Part shown: positions 1-9,437 of the stretch, in pieces | How the letters are laid out: every line of letters begins with the position of its first letter | Numbering within the stretch: position 1 is the first letter of the stretch | Assembly: GCF_039541115.1 (NCBI RefSeq) | Contig: NZ_BAABFP010000007.1 | Location: 310,001 to 374,000 of the forward strand | Origin: Angustibacter luteus | GTDB taxonomy: Bacteria; Actinomycetota; Actinomycetes; Actinomycetales; Angustibacteraceae | Length of the DNA: 64,000 bases | Direction: 5' to 3' | The notes under the pieces: model-generated | The model's input: only the letters and a program-made list of their open reading frames with translations | Database searches by the model: none | Told to the model about the DNA's origin: nothing | Position numbers and translations under genes: made by a program

Positions 1-282
1 TCCGAGCTCGTCGAGCTGGCCGAGCAGGTCGAACGTCGCGTGGTGCAGATCCTGGCCGAGCTCAAGCCGGGCCGCGAGCTGCACACCAACGTCGAGTTCT
101 ACGCCGGGGTCGTGATGTCGCTGTGCGGGCTGCCGCGCGAGCTGTTCACCCCGACGTTCGCCGTGGCCCGGGTGATCGGCTGGTCCGCGAACGTGCTCGA
201 GCAGGCCCGCGACCCCAAGATCATCCGGCCGTCCGCGCGGTACGTCGGGCCACCCCCGCCGCAGCCGGTGCCCGCCCGCTGA
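1..282 (+). CDS. Citrate synthase family protein, C-terminal part (runs off window start)
   Basis: TNVEFYAGVV...FTPTFAVARVIGWSANVLEQ...IIRPSARYVG is the citrate synthase C-terminal signature. Confidence 0.9.
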   Translation, partial: SELVELAEQVERRVVQILAELKPGRELHTNVEFYAGVVMSLCGLPRELFTPTFAVARVIGWSANVLEQARDPKIIRPSARYVGPPPPQPVPAR

Positions 283-314
283 GGCCAGCGCTGGTGTCGA
301 ACCCGCGCTGGGAC

Positions 315-340
315 CAAACCATCCGGCGTCCGGCTCCGTA
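315..340 (+). promoter_or_regulatory. Putative ECF (SigK-like) promoter, copy 1
   Basis: CAAACC-N15-CCGTA; same spacing as the copies at 476-501 and 2158-2183. Confidence 0.45.
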
Positions 341-346
341 GACAGC

Positions 347-386
347 GGTGGGGGCCTCGTCGTCCTCCCGCGACGAGGCCCCCACC
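347..386. terminator. 16-bp perfect hairpin
   Basis: GGTGGGGGCCTCGTCG (347-362) / CGACGAGGCCCCCACC (371-386). Confidence 0.6.
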
Positions 387-388
387 AC

Positions 389-457
389 CCCCGCAGATGT
401 CCCGCTTTCCGGGCTCAAACCGACCCTTTGACACCGGAAAGCGGGACATCTGCGGGG
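389..457. repeat. Long intergenic palindrome (REP-like)
   Basis: 24-bp perfect inverted repeat CCCCGCAGATGTCCCGCTTTCCGG (389-412) / 434-457. Confidence 0.75.
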
Positions 458-475
458 TCGGGTTGGACTCGGGAG

Positions 476-501
476 CAAGCCGGGGGGACGTCGGCGCCGA
501 A
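476..501 (+). promoter_or_regulatory. Putative SigK-like promoter, copy 2 (probably leaderless transcript)
   Basis: CAAGCC-N15-CCGAA, 8 nt before ATG 510. Confidence 0.55.
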
Positions 502-509
502 CCCCCGGT

Positions 510-2096
510 ATGACTGCGACCCAGACCGCGCCGCCCGCACCAGCCGCCGAGCGAACCCACCCCCGCTGGTGGGCTGCCGCGCTGTCCGGCCTGGTCGCCG
601 GCGCGGTGACCGTCGGGCTCGCCGAGCTGCTGGCGGCGGTGCTCACCGTGACCGGGCTGGCCGGGGGCCAGCCCAGCCCCGTGATCTCCGTCGGTGACGC
701 CTTCGTGGACCGCACGCCCGGCCCGCTCAAGGACTTCGCCGTCCGGACCTTCGGCGAGAACGACAAGCTCGTCCTGCTCGGGTCCATCGGCCTCGTGCTG
801 GTCGTGCTGGCGCTCGCCGCCGGTATCGCCGCCGGGCGACGCCTGGTGGTCGGCCTGGGCCTGGTGCTGCTGCTCGGTCTGGTGGCCGTGGGCGCGATCA
901 TGACCCGACCCTCGGCGTCCCCGCTGGACGTGGTCCCCACCGTGATCGGCACGGCGGCCGGGCTGTGGACGCTGCGCTGGCTGATCGAGCGCGCCACCCC
1001 GACCACCTCGGACGACGGCTCCGCGGCCGGGTGGAGCCGGCGCACGTTCCTCGGCAGCGCCGGGGCGGCGGGCGCCGCGGCCGTGGTGGCCGGCGGGGCC
1101 GGGCACGTGCTGGAGTCCAGCCTCGGCAGCGTCGAGGACTCGCGGGCCAAGGTCCGGCTGCCCAAGGCGGCCGAGCCCGTCACCGTGCCGAAGGACGTCC
1201 AGCTGCCGATCAAGGGGATCACCCCGTGGCAGACGGACCCGGCGACGTTCTACCGGGTCGACACCGCCCTGCGCCTGCCGCAGATCACCACCGAGGAGTG
1301 GTCGCTGAAGGTGCACGGCAAGGTCGGCAAGGAGCTGACCATCGACTACCGGACCCTGGTGGCCAAGCCGCTGGTGGAGCGGCTGATCACGCTCACCTGC
1401 GTGTCGAACGAGGTGGGCGGCAAGCTGCTCGGCAACGCCGTCTGGCTGGGCTACCCGGTCAAGGACCTGCTGGCCGACCTCGAGGTCGACCCCGGCGCGG
1501 ACATGGTGCTGTCGACCTCGCAGGACGGCATGACCATCTCGACGCCGCTGGAGAACCTGACCAAGAACCGCGACGCGCTGCTCGCCGTCGCGATGAACGG
1601 CGAGCCGCTCCCCGTCCAGCACGGCTTCCCGGTGCGGATGGTCGTGCCCGGGCTGTACGGCTACGTGTCGGCCACCAAGTGGGTCACCGACCTGAAGGTG
1701 ACCCGGTTCGCCGACGACGAGGCGTACTGGACGCCGCGCGGCTACTCCGCCAAGGCGCCGATCAAGTTCTCGTCGCGCATCGACGTGCCGAAGGGCTTCG
1801 CCCAGCTGAAGGCCGGCAAGAACGCGATCGCCGGGGTCGCCTGGGCGCAGGCCGTCGGGGTCGCCAAGGTGCAGGTCCGGGTGGACCGCGGATCCTGGCA
1901 GGACGCCCGGCTCGCTGGCGCGCCCAGCAAGAACACCTGGGTGCAGTGGGTCTACGAGTGGGATGCCGAGCCCGGCAGCCACACCCTCGAGTGCCGCCTG
2001 GTCGACGCCGACGGCAACGAGCAGGTCGAGTCCAAGCACGGCATCCGGCCGGACGGCTCGACCGGCCTGGACTCCAAGAACGTCACGGTGTCCTGA
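510..2096 (+). CDS. Membrane-anchored molybdopterin-dependent oxidoreductase (sulfite oxidase family)
   Basis: N-terminal TM helices, internal [25 protein letters not shown] (Mo-ligand Cys), [21 protein letters not shown]. Confidence 0.9.
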   Translation: MTATQTAPPAPAAERTHPRWWAAALSGLVAGAVTVGLAELLAAVLTVTGLAGGQPSPVISVGDAFVDRTPGPLKDFAVRTFGENDKLVLLGSIGLVLVVLALAAGIAAGRRLVVGLGLVLLLGLVAVGAIMTRPSASPLDVVPTVIGTAAGLWTLRWLIERATPTTSDDGSAAGWSRRTFLGSAGAAGAAAVVAGGAGHVLESSLGSVEDSRAKVRLPKAAEPVTVPKDVQLPIKGITPWQTDPATFYRVDTALRLPQITTEEWSLKVHGKVGKELTIDYRTLVAKPLVERLITLTCVSNEVGGKLLGNAVWLGYPVKDLLADLEVDPGADMVLSTSQDGMTISTPLENLTKNRDALLAVAMNGEPLPVQHGFPVRMVVPGLYGYVSATKWVTDLKVTRFADDEAYWTPRGYSAKAPIKFSSRIDVPKGFAQLKAGKNAIAGVAWAQAVGVAKVQVRVDRGSWQDARLAGAPSKNTWVQWVYEWDAEPGSHTLECRLVDADGNEQVESKHGIRPDGSTGLDSKNVTVS

Positions 2097-2157
2097 GCCC
2101 GGTTGAGCACGGCAGAGCGCAAATGCGCTGTGCCAGAAAAGAAATCTCGCTCCAGAC

Positions 2158-2183
2158 CAAACCGCTTGGCCCTCAGGTGCGAA
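2158..2183 (+). promoter_or_regulatory. Putative SigK-like promoter, copy 3
   Basis: CAAACC-N15-GCGAA upstream of the fasciclin gene. Confidence 0.55.
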
Positions 2184-2236
2184 GTACAGATGTGACGGAC
2201 ACACCGTCGCGAAGCCGAAGAAGGAGAACGCTCATC

Positions 2237-2896
2237 ATGAAGCCCCGTCTCGCACTCACCATCGCCGTCGCCGGTGTGGCCCTCGCAGCCACCGCCTGCG
2301 GCAGCAGTGACACCGACGCCGGCTCCTCGGCGTCCTCGTCCTCCTCGACCACCTCCTCCAGCTCGCCCACGACGTCCGACGCCATGGCGTCCGGGATGGT
2401 CGGCGCCGGCTGCGCGGAGTACGCCAAGGCCGTTCCGTCCGGTGCCGGTTCCGTCGAGGGCATGTCCCAGGACCCGGTCGCCACCGCGGCCTCCAACAAC
2501 CCGCTGCTCAAGACCCTGACCCAGGCCGTCTCCGGCAAGGTCAACCCCTCGGTCGACCTGGTGAACACGCTGAACAACGGCGAGTTCACGGTCTTCGCTC
2601 CGGTCGACGACGCGTTCAAGAAGCTGCCGGCCGGCACCGTCGACACGCTGGCGAAGGAGAAGGGCGGCAAGACGCTCAGCAGCATCCTGACCTACCACGT
2701 CATCGCCGGGCAGCTCTCGCCCGACCAGATCGTCGGCACCCACAAGACCGTCGAGGGCCAGGACGTCGAGGTCAAGGGCTCTGGCGACAACCTGACCGTC
2801 GGTGCGGACGGCGCCAAGGTGATCTGCGGTGGCGTCAAGACCGCCAACGCGACCGTGTACCTCATCGACTCGGTGCTGATGCCGCCGAAGATGTGA
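2237..2896 (+). CDS. Fasciclin-domain lipoprotein (MPT70/MPT83-like)
   Basis: AAGGAG RBS, lipobox [53 protein letters not shown]. Confidence 0.9.
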   Translation: MKPRLALTIAVAGVALAATACGSSDTDAGSSASSSSSTTSSSSPTTSDAMASGMVGAGCAEYAKAVPSGAGSVEGMSQDPVATAASNNPLLKTLTQAVSGKVNPSVDLVNTLNNGEFTVFAPVDDAFKKLPAGTVDTLAKEKGGKTLSSILTYHVIAGQLSPDQIVGTHKTVEGQDVEVKGSGDNLTVGADGAKVICGGVKTANATVYLIDSVLMPPKM

Positions 2897-2912
2897 CCTG
2901 CTGAACCCGTAG

Positions 2913-2954
2913 CGTCCGAACGGATCGCACCTCTCGGTGCGATCCGTTCGGACG
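2913..2954. terminator. Bidirectional terminator between convergent genes
   Basis: 19-bp perfect stem CGTCCGAACGGATCGCACC / GGTGCGATCCGTTCGGACG. Confidence 0.8.
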
Positions 2955-2975
2955 TTGGCGTGGGGTCAGCGAGGG

Positions 2976-3776
2976 TCAGCGAGAGGTGCGGCCGAGGTCC
3001 TGCTCGACGCCGCGCGCCGCCTCCCGCAAGGGGCCGAGGAGCTCGCGCCGGAAGGCGTCCGAGCTGCCTCGGCTCACGTGCGCCGAGAGGTTCATGGCCG
3101 CGACGACCACGCCGTTCGCGTCCCGCACCGGCACGGCCAGTGAGCGCAGGCCCTCCTCGAGCTCCTGGTCGACCAGCGCGTAGCCCTGCGACCGGACCCG
3201 CCCGAGCACGGTGCGCAGCCGGTCCACGTCGGTCACCGTCCGGGCGGTCAGGGCGGGCATGGTGAGGCCGGTCAGGTACTGGTCGAGCCAGGTCTCGGGC
3301 TGCGCGGCCAGCAGGACCCGGCCCATCGACGTCGCGTAGGCCGGGAACCGGGTGCCGACCGCGATGGCCACGGTCATGATCCGCTTGGTGGGCACCCGGG
3401 CGACGTAGACGACGTCGTCCCCGTCCAGCACCGACACCGAGCAGGACTCGTGCACCTGGGAGACCAGCACCTCCATGTGCGGCATGGCGAGCTCGGGCAG
3501 CGTCTGGCTGGACAGGAAGGCGTAGCCGAGCTCCAACACCCTGGGGCGCAACGAGAACAGCCGTCCGTCGGTGCGCACGTAGCCCAGGTCGACGAGGGTC
3601 AGCAGGAACCGCCGCGCGGCCGCACGGGTCAGGTCGGTGGCGCGGGCCACCTCGCTGAGCGTCAGCGCCGGGTGCTCCGCGTCGAACGCCCGGATCACGG
3701 ACAGGCCCCGCTCCAGGGACTGCACGAAGTCGGTGGAACGGGCCGACCCGAGGTCGCCGGGTGCGTCGCCGGTCAC
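2976..3776 (-). CDS. pcaR: IclR-family regulator of the beta-ketoadipate pathway
   Basis: DFVQSLERGLSVIRAF...LTRAAARRFLLTL; GTRFPAYATSMGRVLLA; GTG overlaps the pcaC stop. Confidence 0.85.
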   Translation of the reverse strand: MTGDAPGDLGSARSTDFVQSLERGLSVIRAFDAEHPALTLSEVARATDLTRAAARRFLLTLVDLGYVRTDGRLFSLRPRVLELGYAFLSSQTLPELAMPHMEVLVSQVHESCSVSVLDGDDVVYVARVPTKRIMTVAIAVGTRFPAYATSMGRVLLAAQPETWLDQYLTGLTMPALTARTVTDVDRLRTVLGRVRSQGYALVDQELEEGLRSLAVPVRDANGVVVAAMNLSAHVSRGSSDAFRRELLGPLREAARGVEQDLGRTSR

Positions 3777-4171
3777 GTCGGCTCCGGCGGGTCGTCGGGC
3801 TCCGGGCGCAGCGCCTCCTCGGCCACCCGGAACGCGCGGTTGGCCGTCGGGACGCCGGCGTACACCGCCACCTGCAGCAGGATCTCGGCCAGCTCGTCGC
3901 GGGTCAGGCCGTTGCGCAGCGCGGCGCGGCAGTGCATCGCCAGCTCGTCCTCGTGCTGCAGGGTGGCCAGCATGGCGACGGTGATGGCGCTGCGGGTCCG
4001 CCGGTCCAGGCCGGGGCGGGACCACACGTCGCCCCAGGCGTAGCGGGTGATCAGGTCCTGGAACGGCTCGGTGAACGGCGTGGCGCCGGCGGCGGCCCGG
4101 TCGACGTGCGCGTCACCCAGGACGGCTCGCCGGACGTCGGTCCCGGCCTCGCGGCGCTCGTCGTCGTCCAC
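3773..4171 (-). CDS. pcaC: 4-carboxymuconolactone decarboxylase
   Basis: VRRAVLGDAHVDRA...FQDLITRYAWGDVWSRPGLDRRTRS...VYAGVPTANRAF. Confidence 0.92.
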   Translation of the reverse strand: MDDDERREAGTDVRRAVLGDAHVDRAAAGATPFTEPFQDLITRYAWGDVWSRPGLDRRTRSAITVAMLATLQHEDELAMHCRAALRNGLTRDELAEILLQVAVYAGVPTANRAFRVAEEALRPEPDDPPEPT

Positions 4172-4181
4172 GTCGATCCCC

Positions 4182-4961
4182 CTACTGGGTGCTCTGGTCG
4201 GCGCCGAGGTGGTCCAGCACCAGCCGGGTCACGGCGTCCGGCTGCTCGAGGTTGGCCAGGTGAGCGGCGTCGTCCAGGAGGGCCAGCCGGGCCCCCGGGA
4301 CGGCGCTCACGATGGCACGCGCGTGCTCCGGCGGAGTGGCCGGGTCGTCGGCCGCCGCGATCACCAACGTCGGCGCGCTGATCCGGGGCAGGTCGGCCAG
4401 CAGGTCCATCGCGGCGATCGCCTCGCAGCACCCGGCGTAGCCGACGGGCGGGACGGCGAGCAGGTCCGCGCGGGCGGCGGCGACGACGTGCGGCTGCACC
4501 GCGGCGAAGCCGGGGGTGAACCAGCGGGCGACGACGGGGTCGGCGACGGCCGCCATCCCGCCGTCCAGCACCGCGTGGGCGCGGTCGCGCCAGCCCTGCG
4601 CCGGCCCCAGCCGCGCCGACGTGCAGACCAGCACCAGCCGGTCGATCCGTTGCGGCGCATGCATCGCGAGCCACATGCCGACCATGCCGCCCAGCGAGAG
4701 CCCGACGTACGACGTCCGCTCGATCTCGAGTCGGTCCAGCAGCGCGAGGACGTCGCCGCCGAGGTCGTCGAGCGAGTACGGGCCGGCCGGGACGTCGGAC
4801 CCGCCGTGCCCGCGGTGGTCGTACCGGACGACGCGCCAGGCCTCCGCCAGCCGGTCGACCTGCGGCTGCCACATCACCCCCGTGGTGCCCAGCGAGCTGC
4901 CCAGTAGCAGCGGCGGCCCGTCGGCGCGTCCGTCCTGGACCACGTGCAGGCGGGCGCTCAC
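4182..4961 (-). CDS. pcaD: 3-oxoadipate enol-lactonase
   Basis: SLGTTGVMWQPQ, YDHRGHG, GLSLGGMVG, AHLANLEQP. Confidence 0.9.
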   Translation of the reverse strand: MSARLHVVQDGRADGPPLLLGSSLGTTGVMWQPQVDRLAEAWRVVRYDHRGHGGSDVPAGPYSLDDLGGDVLALLDRLEIERTSYVGLSLGGMVGMWLAMHAPQRIDRLVLVCTSARLGPAQGWRDRAHAVLDGGMAAVADPVVARWFTPGFAAVQPHVVAAARADLLAVPPVGYAGCCEAIAAMDLLADLPRISAPTLVIAAADDPATPPEHARAIVSAVPGARLALLDDAAHLANLEQPDAVTRLVLDHLGADQSTQ

Positions 4962-6316
4962 GGGGCGCCCAGTCGCTGGTGCCGGGCCACGGCGGCGTCG
5001 ACCAGCTCGCCGCTCGTGCCGAGCCACTGCCTCGGATCCAGGGCGTCGCTGATCCCGCTGTCGCCCAACGCGTCGAGCACGTACGGGTCGGCCCGCAGGG
5101 CCGCTTCGAAGTCCCTGCTGCGGGCGGCCTGGGCCACCAGGTACTGGGCTTGGGCCCGACCCAGGGAGGGCAGCAGCCGGGTGGCGACCGACTCGGCCAT
5201 GACGACGGCCCCGCCACCGCGCAGGTGCTCACGCATCCGGTCCGGGAACACCTGCAACCCCTCCAGCAGGTCGGCCGTGCGCTGCGCGGCACCGAGGGCG
5301 AGCCGCAGCAGGTCCCGCAGGGGTTCCCACTCAGCGTGCCAGGCGCCGGTCGCCCGCTGCTGCTCGTGCACGGCCGAGCCGAACAGCGAGCCGACCAGTG
5401 CCGGGCCGCGTCGGGCGGCCGCGCTGACCAGCACCGCCGACACCGGGTTCTGCTTGTGCGGCATGGCTGATGAGCCGCCGCCACTCGCCTCCGCGACCTC
5501 ACCGAGCTCGGTCTGGGCCAGCAGCAGGACGTCGGTCGCGACCTTCCCGCACGCCACCACCGCCGCGCCGAGCGCAGCCGCCACGTCGAGGATCGGCTGG
5601 CGGTCGGTGTGCCAGGGCGACCGCGTGGTGAGCTCGAGCCGGCTGGCGAGCGCGGCGGCGACGGCCTCGCCCTGCGTGCCGTATGCCGCTCGCGTGCCGA
5701 CAGCACCGCCCAGCTGGACGGGCAGGTCGCCTGCGACCAGGGCCCACCGGGCGCGCGCGGTGTCGAGCTGGCTCAGCCACCCGGCGGCGACCAGTCCGAA
5801 GGTGGTGGGGGAGGCCTGCTGTCCGAGAGTGCGTGCCACGGCGAGCGTGTCCCGATGGGTCAGCGCGAGCGAGGCGGCGGCGTCCCCAGCGGTGCGAAAG
5901 GCGGCGTCGAGCGTGGCGTGGCAGCGGGAGACCAGCAGCATCAGCGCGGTGTCCAGGACGTCCTGGCTGGTGGCGCCGTAGTGCACCCAGGTGCGGGCGT
6001 CCGGTGGGACGGCTGTACCGATCGCCGACACCAGCGGCACCACCGGGTTGCCGGCGGACGCCGTGCCCTCCACCAGTCCGGACAGGTCGAGCCGGTCGGG
6101 ACGCTCGCACGCCTCCTCGAGCGCGTCCGCGACGGATCGCGGGGCCAGCCCGCAGTCGGCCAGCGCACCGGCGAGGGCGGACTCGACGTCCAGCATCGCC
6201 CGCAGCAGTGCGGTGTCGTCGAGCAGTGCGTCGACGTCCGGGCCGGCCGTGAGCCCGGCCAGCAGTGGCGGCGGTGGTGGCCCGGCGCCGTCAGATCGCG
6301 AAGAAGACGGTCTCAT
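4958..6316 (-). CDS. pcaB: 3-carboxy-cis,cis-muconate cycloisomerase (start uncertain)
   Basis: VHYGATSQDVLDTA, GGSSAMPHKQNP fumarate-lyase signature, HEQQRATGAWHAEW. Confidence 0.88.
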   Translation of the reverse strand: MRPSSSRSDGAGPPPPPLLAGLTAGPDVDALLDDTALLRAMLDVESALAGALADCGLAPRSVADALEEACERPDRLDLSGLVEGTASAGNPVVPLVSAIGTAVPPDARTWVHYGATSQDVLDTALMLLVSRCHATLDAAFRTAGDAAASLALTHRDTLAVARTLGQQASPTTFGLVAAGWLSQLDTARARWALVAGDLPVQLGGAVGTRAAYGTQGEAVAAALASRLELTTRSPWHTDRQPILDVAAALGAAVVACGKVATDVLLLAQTELGEVAEASGGGSSAMPHKQNPVSAVLVSAAARRGPALVGSLFGSAVHEQQRATGAWHAEWEPLRDLLRLALGAAQRTADLLEGLQVFPDRMREHLRGGGAVVMAESVATRLLPSLGRAQAQYLVAQAARSRDFEAALRADPYVLDALGDSGISDALDPRQWLGTSGELVDAAVARHQRLGAP

Positions 6317-6878
6317 CGTCCCCCCGGAGGTGGATGTCGAACACCAGGCCGTCGGGACCTGCTGCAGCGACGAGCGTAGGCCGTCGCTCGGCGGGCACGG
6401 CGTTCAGCACGCGGTCCTGTGCGTTCGCGTTGCTCTCGTCGGGCAGGTAGAGGCGGGTCACCACCCGGTCGAGCAGGCCACGGGCGAACACCGAGACGTC
6501 CAGGTGCGGTGCCTGCCGCCCGTCGGTGCCGTCCGGCACCCGACCCGGGCGGACGGTCAGCACCGCCCAGCGACCCTCGGCGTCGGTCCGGCTGCGGCCG
6601 AAGCCGCGAAAGCCCGGCACGGACGACGGAGCGGCACCGCGCGGGTCGTCCGGGTGGTCGAAGCGGCCGTCCGGATCGCACTGCCACGTCTCGATCATGC
6701 CGTCCGGCACGGGCGCGCCGGTGCCGTCGAACAGCCGCCCGCGGATCCAGAACGCCCCCGGGGTGCCCTCGGGGACGACGTACGGTCCGTCGTCCCAGGT
6801 CAGCCCGATCGACAGGTACGGGCCGACGGTCTGCGACGGCGTCGTGCCACCAGGTCGTCCAGCGGCCAGCTCACTCAT
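6291..6878 (-). CDS. pcaG: Protocatechuate 3,4-dioxygenase alpha subunit
   Basis: TTPSQTVGPY, IETWQCDPDG, QAPHLDVSVFARGLL, ETVFFAI. Confidence 0.92.
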   Translation of the reverse strand: MSELAAGRPGGTTPSQTVGPYLSIGLTWDDGPYVVPEGTPGAFWIRGRLFDGTGAPVPDGMIETWQCDPDGRFDHPDDPRGAAPSSVPGFRGFGRSRTDAEGRWAVLTVRPGRVPDGTDGRQAPHLDVSVFARGLLDRVVTRLYLPDESNANAQDRVLNAVPAERRPTLVAAAGPDGLVFDIHLRGDDETVFFAI

Positions 6879-7632
6879 CGTCGTCCTCGTCCTCGAACGG
6901 GGTCTGCTCGCGGCCGCGCAGCACGATGTCGAACGCGAAGCCCAGCGCCCACTGCTCCTGGGTGGCGCCGTGGTCGTAGCGGCTGACCATCCGCTGCCGC
7001 GCAACGGGATCCGGCACCGAGTTGAAGATCGGGTCCTGGAAGAACAACGGGTCGTCCGGGAAGTACATCTGGGTGACCAGGCGCTGGGTGAAGGCGCGCC
7101 CGAACAGCGAGAAGTGGATGTGCGCCGGCCGCCACGCGTTGTCGTGGTTGCGCCACGGGTAGGCGCCGGGCTTGATCGTGACGAACTCGTAGCGGCCCTG
7201 GTCGTCGGTCAGGGCGCGTCCGGTGCCGGTGAAGTTCGGGTCCAGTGGCGACGGCCAGGTGTCGGTGACGTGCCGGTAGCGCCCACCCGCGTTGGCCTGC
7301 CACACCTCCACGAGGGTGCGCGGCACCGGCCGGCCGTCCTCGTCGAGAACCCGGCCGTGCACGACGATCCGCTGGCCCTGCGGCTCGCCGACGTGCTGGC
7401 GGGTCAGGTCGTGGTCGAGCGGGCCGACGCGCCCCTCGCCCAGGAGGGGACCGGTGAGCTCGGTCAGCATGTGCGGCAGGTACTCCAGCGGCTGGGCGGG
7501 CGCGCGCTGCACGGTCGAGGCGTACCCCGGGAACAGCAGCGGCGGCCGCTCGTCGGCCGGGATGCGGCGGTAGGCCCTGGTGTCCGGGCTGGTCATCTGG
7601 TTGCTCCCGTCCTCGTCGGCCGTGCTGGTCAC
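6871..7632 (-). CDS. pcaH: Protocatechuate 3,4-dioxygenase beta subunit
   Basis: EVWQANAGGRYRH, LDPNFTG, TIKPGAYPWRNHDNAWRPAHIHFSLFG. Confidence 0.93.
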   Translation of the reverse strand: MTSTADEDGSNQMTSPDTRAYRRIPADERPPLLFPGYASTVQRAPAQPLEYLPHMLTELTGPLLGEGRVGPLDHDLTRQHVGEPQGQRIVVHGRVLDEDGRPVPRTLVEVWQANAGGRYRHVTDTWPSPLDPNFTGTGRALTDDQGRYEFVTIKPGAYPWRNHDNAWRPAHIHFSLFGRAFTQRLVTQMYFPDDPLFFQDPIFNSVPDPVARQRMVSRYDHGATQEQWALGFAFDIVLRGREQTPFEDEDDDE

Positions 7633-8435
7633 GATCCTGCCCGCAACGTGGCGTTCAGCGCGCGCAGGACGCGCAGCTCGTCGGCGTCGGGTGGGCGGGT
7701 GCTGGCGACGTCGGCGGCGACCCGCAGGTCCCAGCCGGTCGCGGCCCGAGCCTGCTCGACGGTGGCGCCGGGGTGCAGCGAGGTCAGGGTCAGCTCGCAG
7801 GTGCTGGGGTCCGGTTCGAGAACACCGAGGTCGGTGATCACGACCCGGGGGCCGGCGCCGCGCAGGCCCCACCGCTCGCGGTCGCCCGGCCCGGAGCCGA
7901 AGCCCACCGAGGTGACGAACTCGAGCTCGCGCACGAACGTGCGTGGAGACTGGCGGACGACGACCACGACCTCCCGGCACGACGCGGCGATCTCGGGGGC
8001 TCCGCCCGCGCCGGGCAGCCGGACGGCGGGGGCGTCGTAGGTCCCGCCGACCATGGTCGTGTTGATGTTGGCGAACCGGTCCAGCTGGGCAGCGCCGAGG
8101 AAGCCCACGTCGATCCGGCCGGGCTGGAGCCAGTAGTTGAAGACCTCCGGGACCGACACCACGGCGTCCGCGGTGTCGGCCAGGACGCCGTCGCCGATGG
8201 ACAGCGGCAACCGGTCCGGCTTGGCACCGATGCAGCCGGACTCGTAGACCAGCACGAGGCCCGGTGCGTGCGTCGCGCGGGCCAGGTTGGCGGCGGTGCT
8301 GGGCAGTCCGATGCCGACGAAGCAGGCCGTGCCGTCGTGCAGCTGGCGGGCGGCGGCGACCGTCATCATCTCGTCGGCGGTCCACTCGGCGCTGGTCTCG
8401 GCGGTGGTCTCGGTGGTGGTCTCGGCGCTGCTCAT
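7629..8435 (-). CDS. CoA-transferase beta subunit (CatJ/GctB type; probable 3-oxoadipate CoA-transferase)
   Basis: EMMTVAAAR, FVGIGLPSTAANLA, LVYESG, RLPGAGGAPEIA. Confidence 0.85.
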   Translation of the reverse strand: MSSAETTTETTAETSAEWTADEMMTVAAARQLHDGTACFVGIGLPSTAANLARATHAPGLVLVYESGCIGAKPDRLPLSIGDGVLADTADAVVSVPEVFNYWLQPGRIDVGFLGAAQLDRFANINTTMVGGTYDAPAVRLPGAGGAPEIAASCREVVVVVRQSPRTFVRELEFVTSVGFGSGPGDRERWGLRGAGPRVVITDLGVLEPDPSTCELTLTSLHPGATVEQARAATGWDLRVAADVASTRPPDADELRVLRALNATLRAGS

Positions 8436-9250
8436 GCCGGGGCTCCGGCGGCCAGCACGTCGGCGTCCAGCCACGCGGTGAACGCGTCCCGGTCGCGGCT
8501 GACCGCGTCCCAGCGCCGGTAGGCCTCGTTGTCCCGCACCGAGTACCCCTGCGCGTACGACGGGTGCGCCCCGCCGGGGACGTGCGCCACCGCGGTCACC
8601 ACCCACGACGGCAGGACGACGTCCCCGGGCACTGGTGTCAGCTCGTCGACGAGCTCCTCGACCGTCACCAGGGACCGGTGCGCGGCGAGCACGGCCTCCT
8701 TCTGCACTCCGGTGATGCCCCAGAGCTGCACGTTGCCCTGCCGGTCGGCGCGCTGGGCGTGCACGACCGTGACGTCGGGGCGCAGCGCGGGGACCGCGGT
8801 CAGCTCCTCACCGGTGAACGGGCAGGTGATCGGCGCGATGGTTGCGGTCCGCTCGACGAGGTCGGTGCCGCGGTAGCCGCGCAGCACCGCGAACGGAAGC
8901 CCGGACGCGCCGGCCACGTAGCGGTTCGCCATCCCGGCGTGGCTGTGCTCCTCGAGCTCCAGCGGTCCCGGCCAGCCGTGCTCGACGGCGTCCCGGAACC
9001 GGTGCAGCGAGCCGACGCCGGGGTTGCCGCCCCAGGAGAACACCAGCCGGGCCGCGCAGCCGGCGCCGATGAGCTGGTCGTACACGACGTCCGGGGTCAT
9101 CCGGACCAGGGTCAGGTCGCGCCGTCCCTGCCGGATGATCTCGTGCCCGGCCGCGAACGGGATGAGGTGGGTGAAGCCCTCCAGGGCGACCGTGTCGCCG
9201 TCCCGGACGAGCTCGGCGACCGCGTCGCGCAGGCTCATGATGCGCGCCAT
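8432..9250 (-). CDS. CoA-transferase alpha subunit (CatI/GctA type)
   Basis: VALEGFTHLIPFAAGHEIIRQ, FSWGGNPGVGSLHR. Confidence 0.85.
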   Translation of the reverse strand: MARIMSLRDAVAELVRDGDTVALEGFTHLIPFAAGHEIIRQGRRDLTLVRMTPDVVYDQLIGAGCAARLVFSWGGNPGVGSLHRFRDAVEHGWPGPLELEEHSHAGMANRYVAGASGLPFAVLRGYRGTDLVERTATIAPITCPFTGEELTAVPALRPDVTVVHAQRADRQGNVQLWGITGVQKEAVLAAHRSLVTVEELVDELTPVPGDVVLPSWVVTAVAHVPGGAHPSYAQGYSVRDNEAYRRWDAVSRDRDAFTAWLDADVLAAGAPA

Positions 9251-9291
9251 GGTCACCCCTCGATTCGGTCCGTCCCGCTCGGCTCCCGTGT

Positions 9292-9428
9292 GTTCGCATT
9301 CCGCACGGGCGTTCCTATGACGAACATACGGAGCCGATCCGCGCACGTCAACGGGCCGCGGGGCGCCATTGACGCGACCCGGGGGCGACCGTACGTTCAT
9401 GGTGAGAACACGTGTTCGTCATACGAAC
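9292..9428. promoter_or_regulatory. Divergent sigma70-type promoters with four IclR/PcaR-type operator boxes
   Basis: Rightward TTGACG(9369)-N17-TACGTT; leftward TTGACG(9351)-N17-TATGTT; 15-bp GTTC-N7-GAAC/GCAC boxes at 9292, 9311, 9395, 9414. Confidence 0.75.
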
Positions 9429-9437
9429 GGAGATCCG

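Noticed and set aside
99..2204. Long antisense ORFs (also 24889-27549, 39427-41463, 45830-47740 and others)
   Set aside because: Shadow frames of real genes in high-GC DNA; no recognisable motifs
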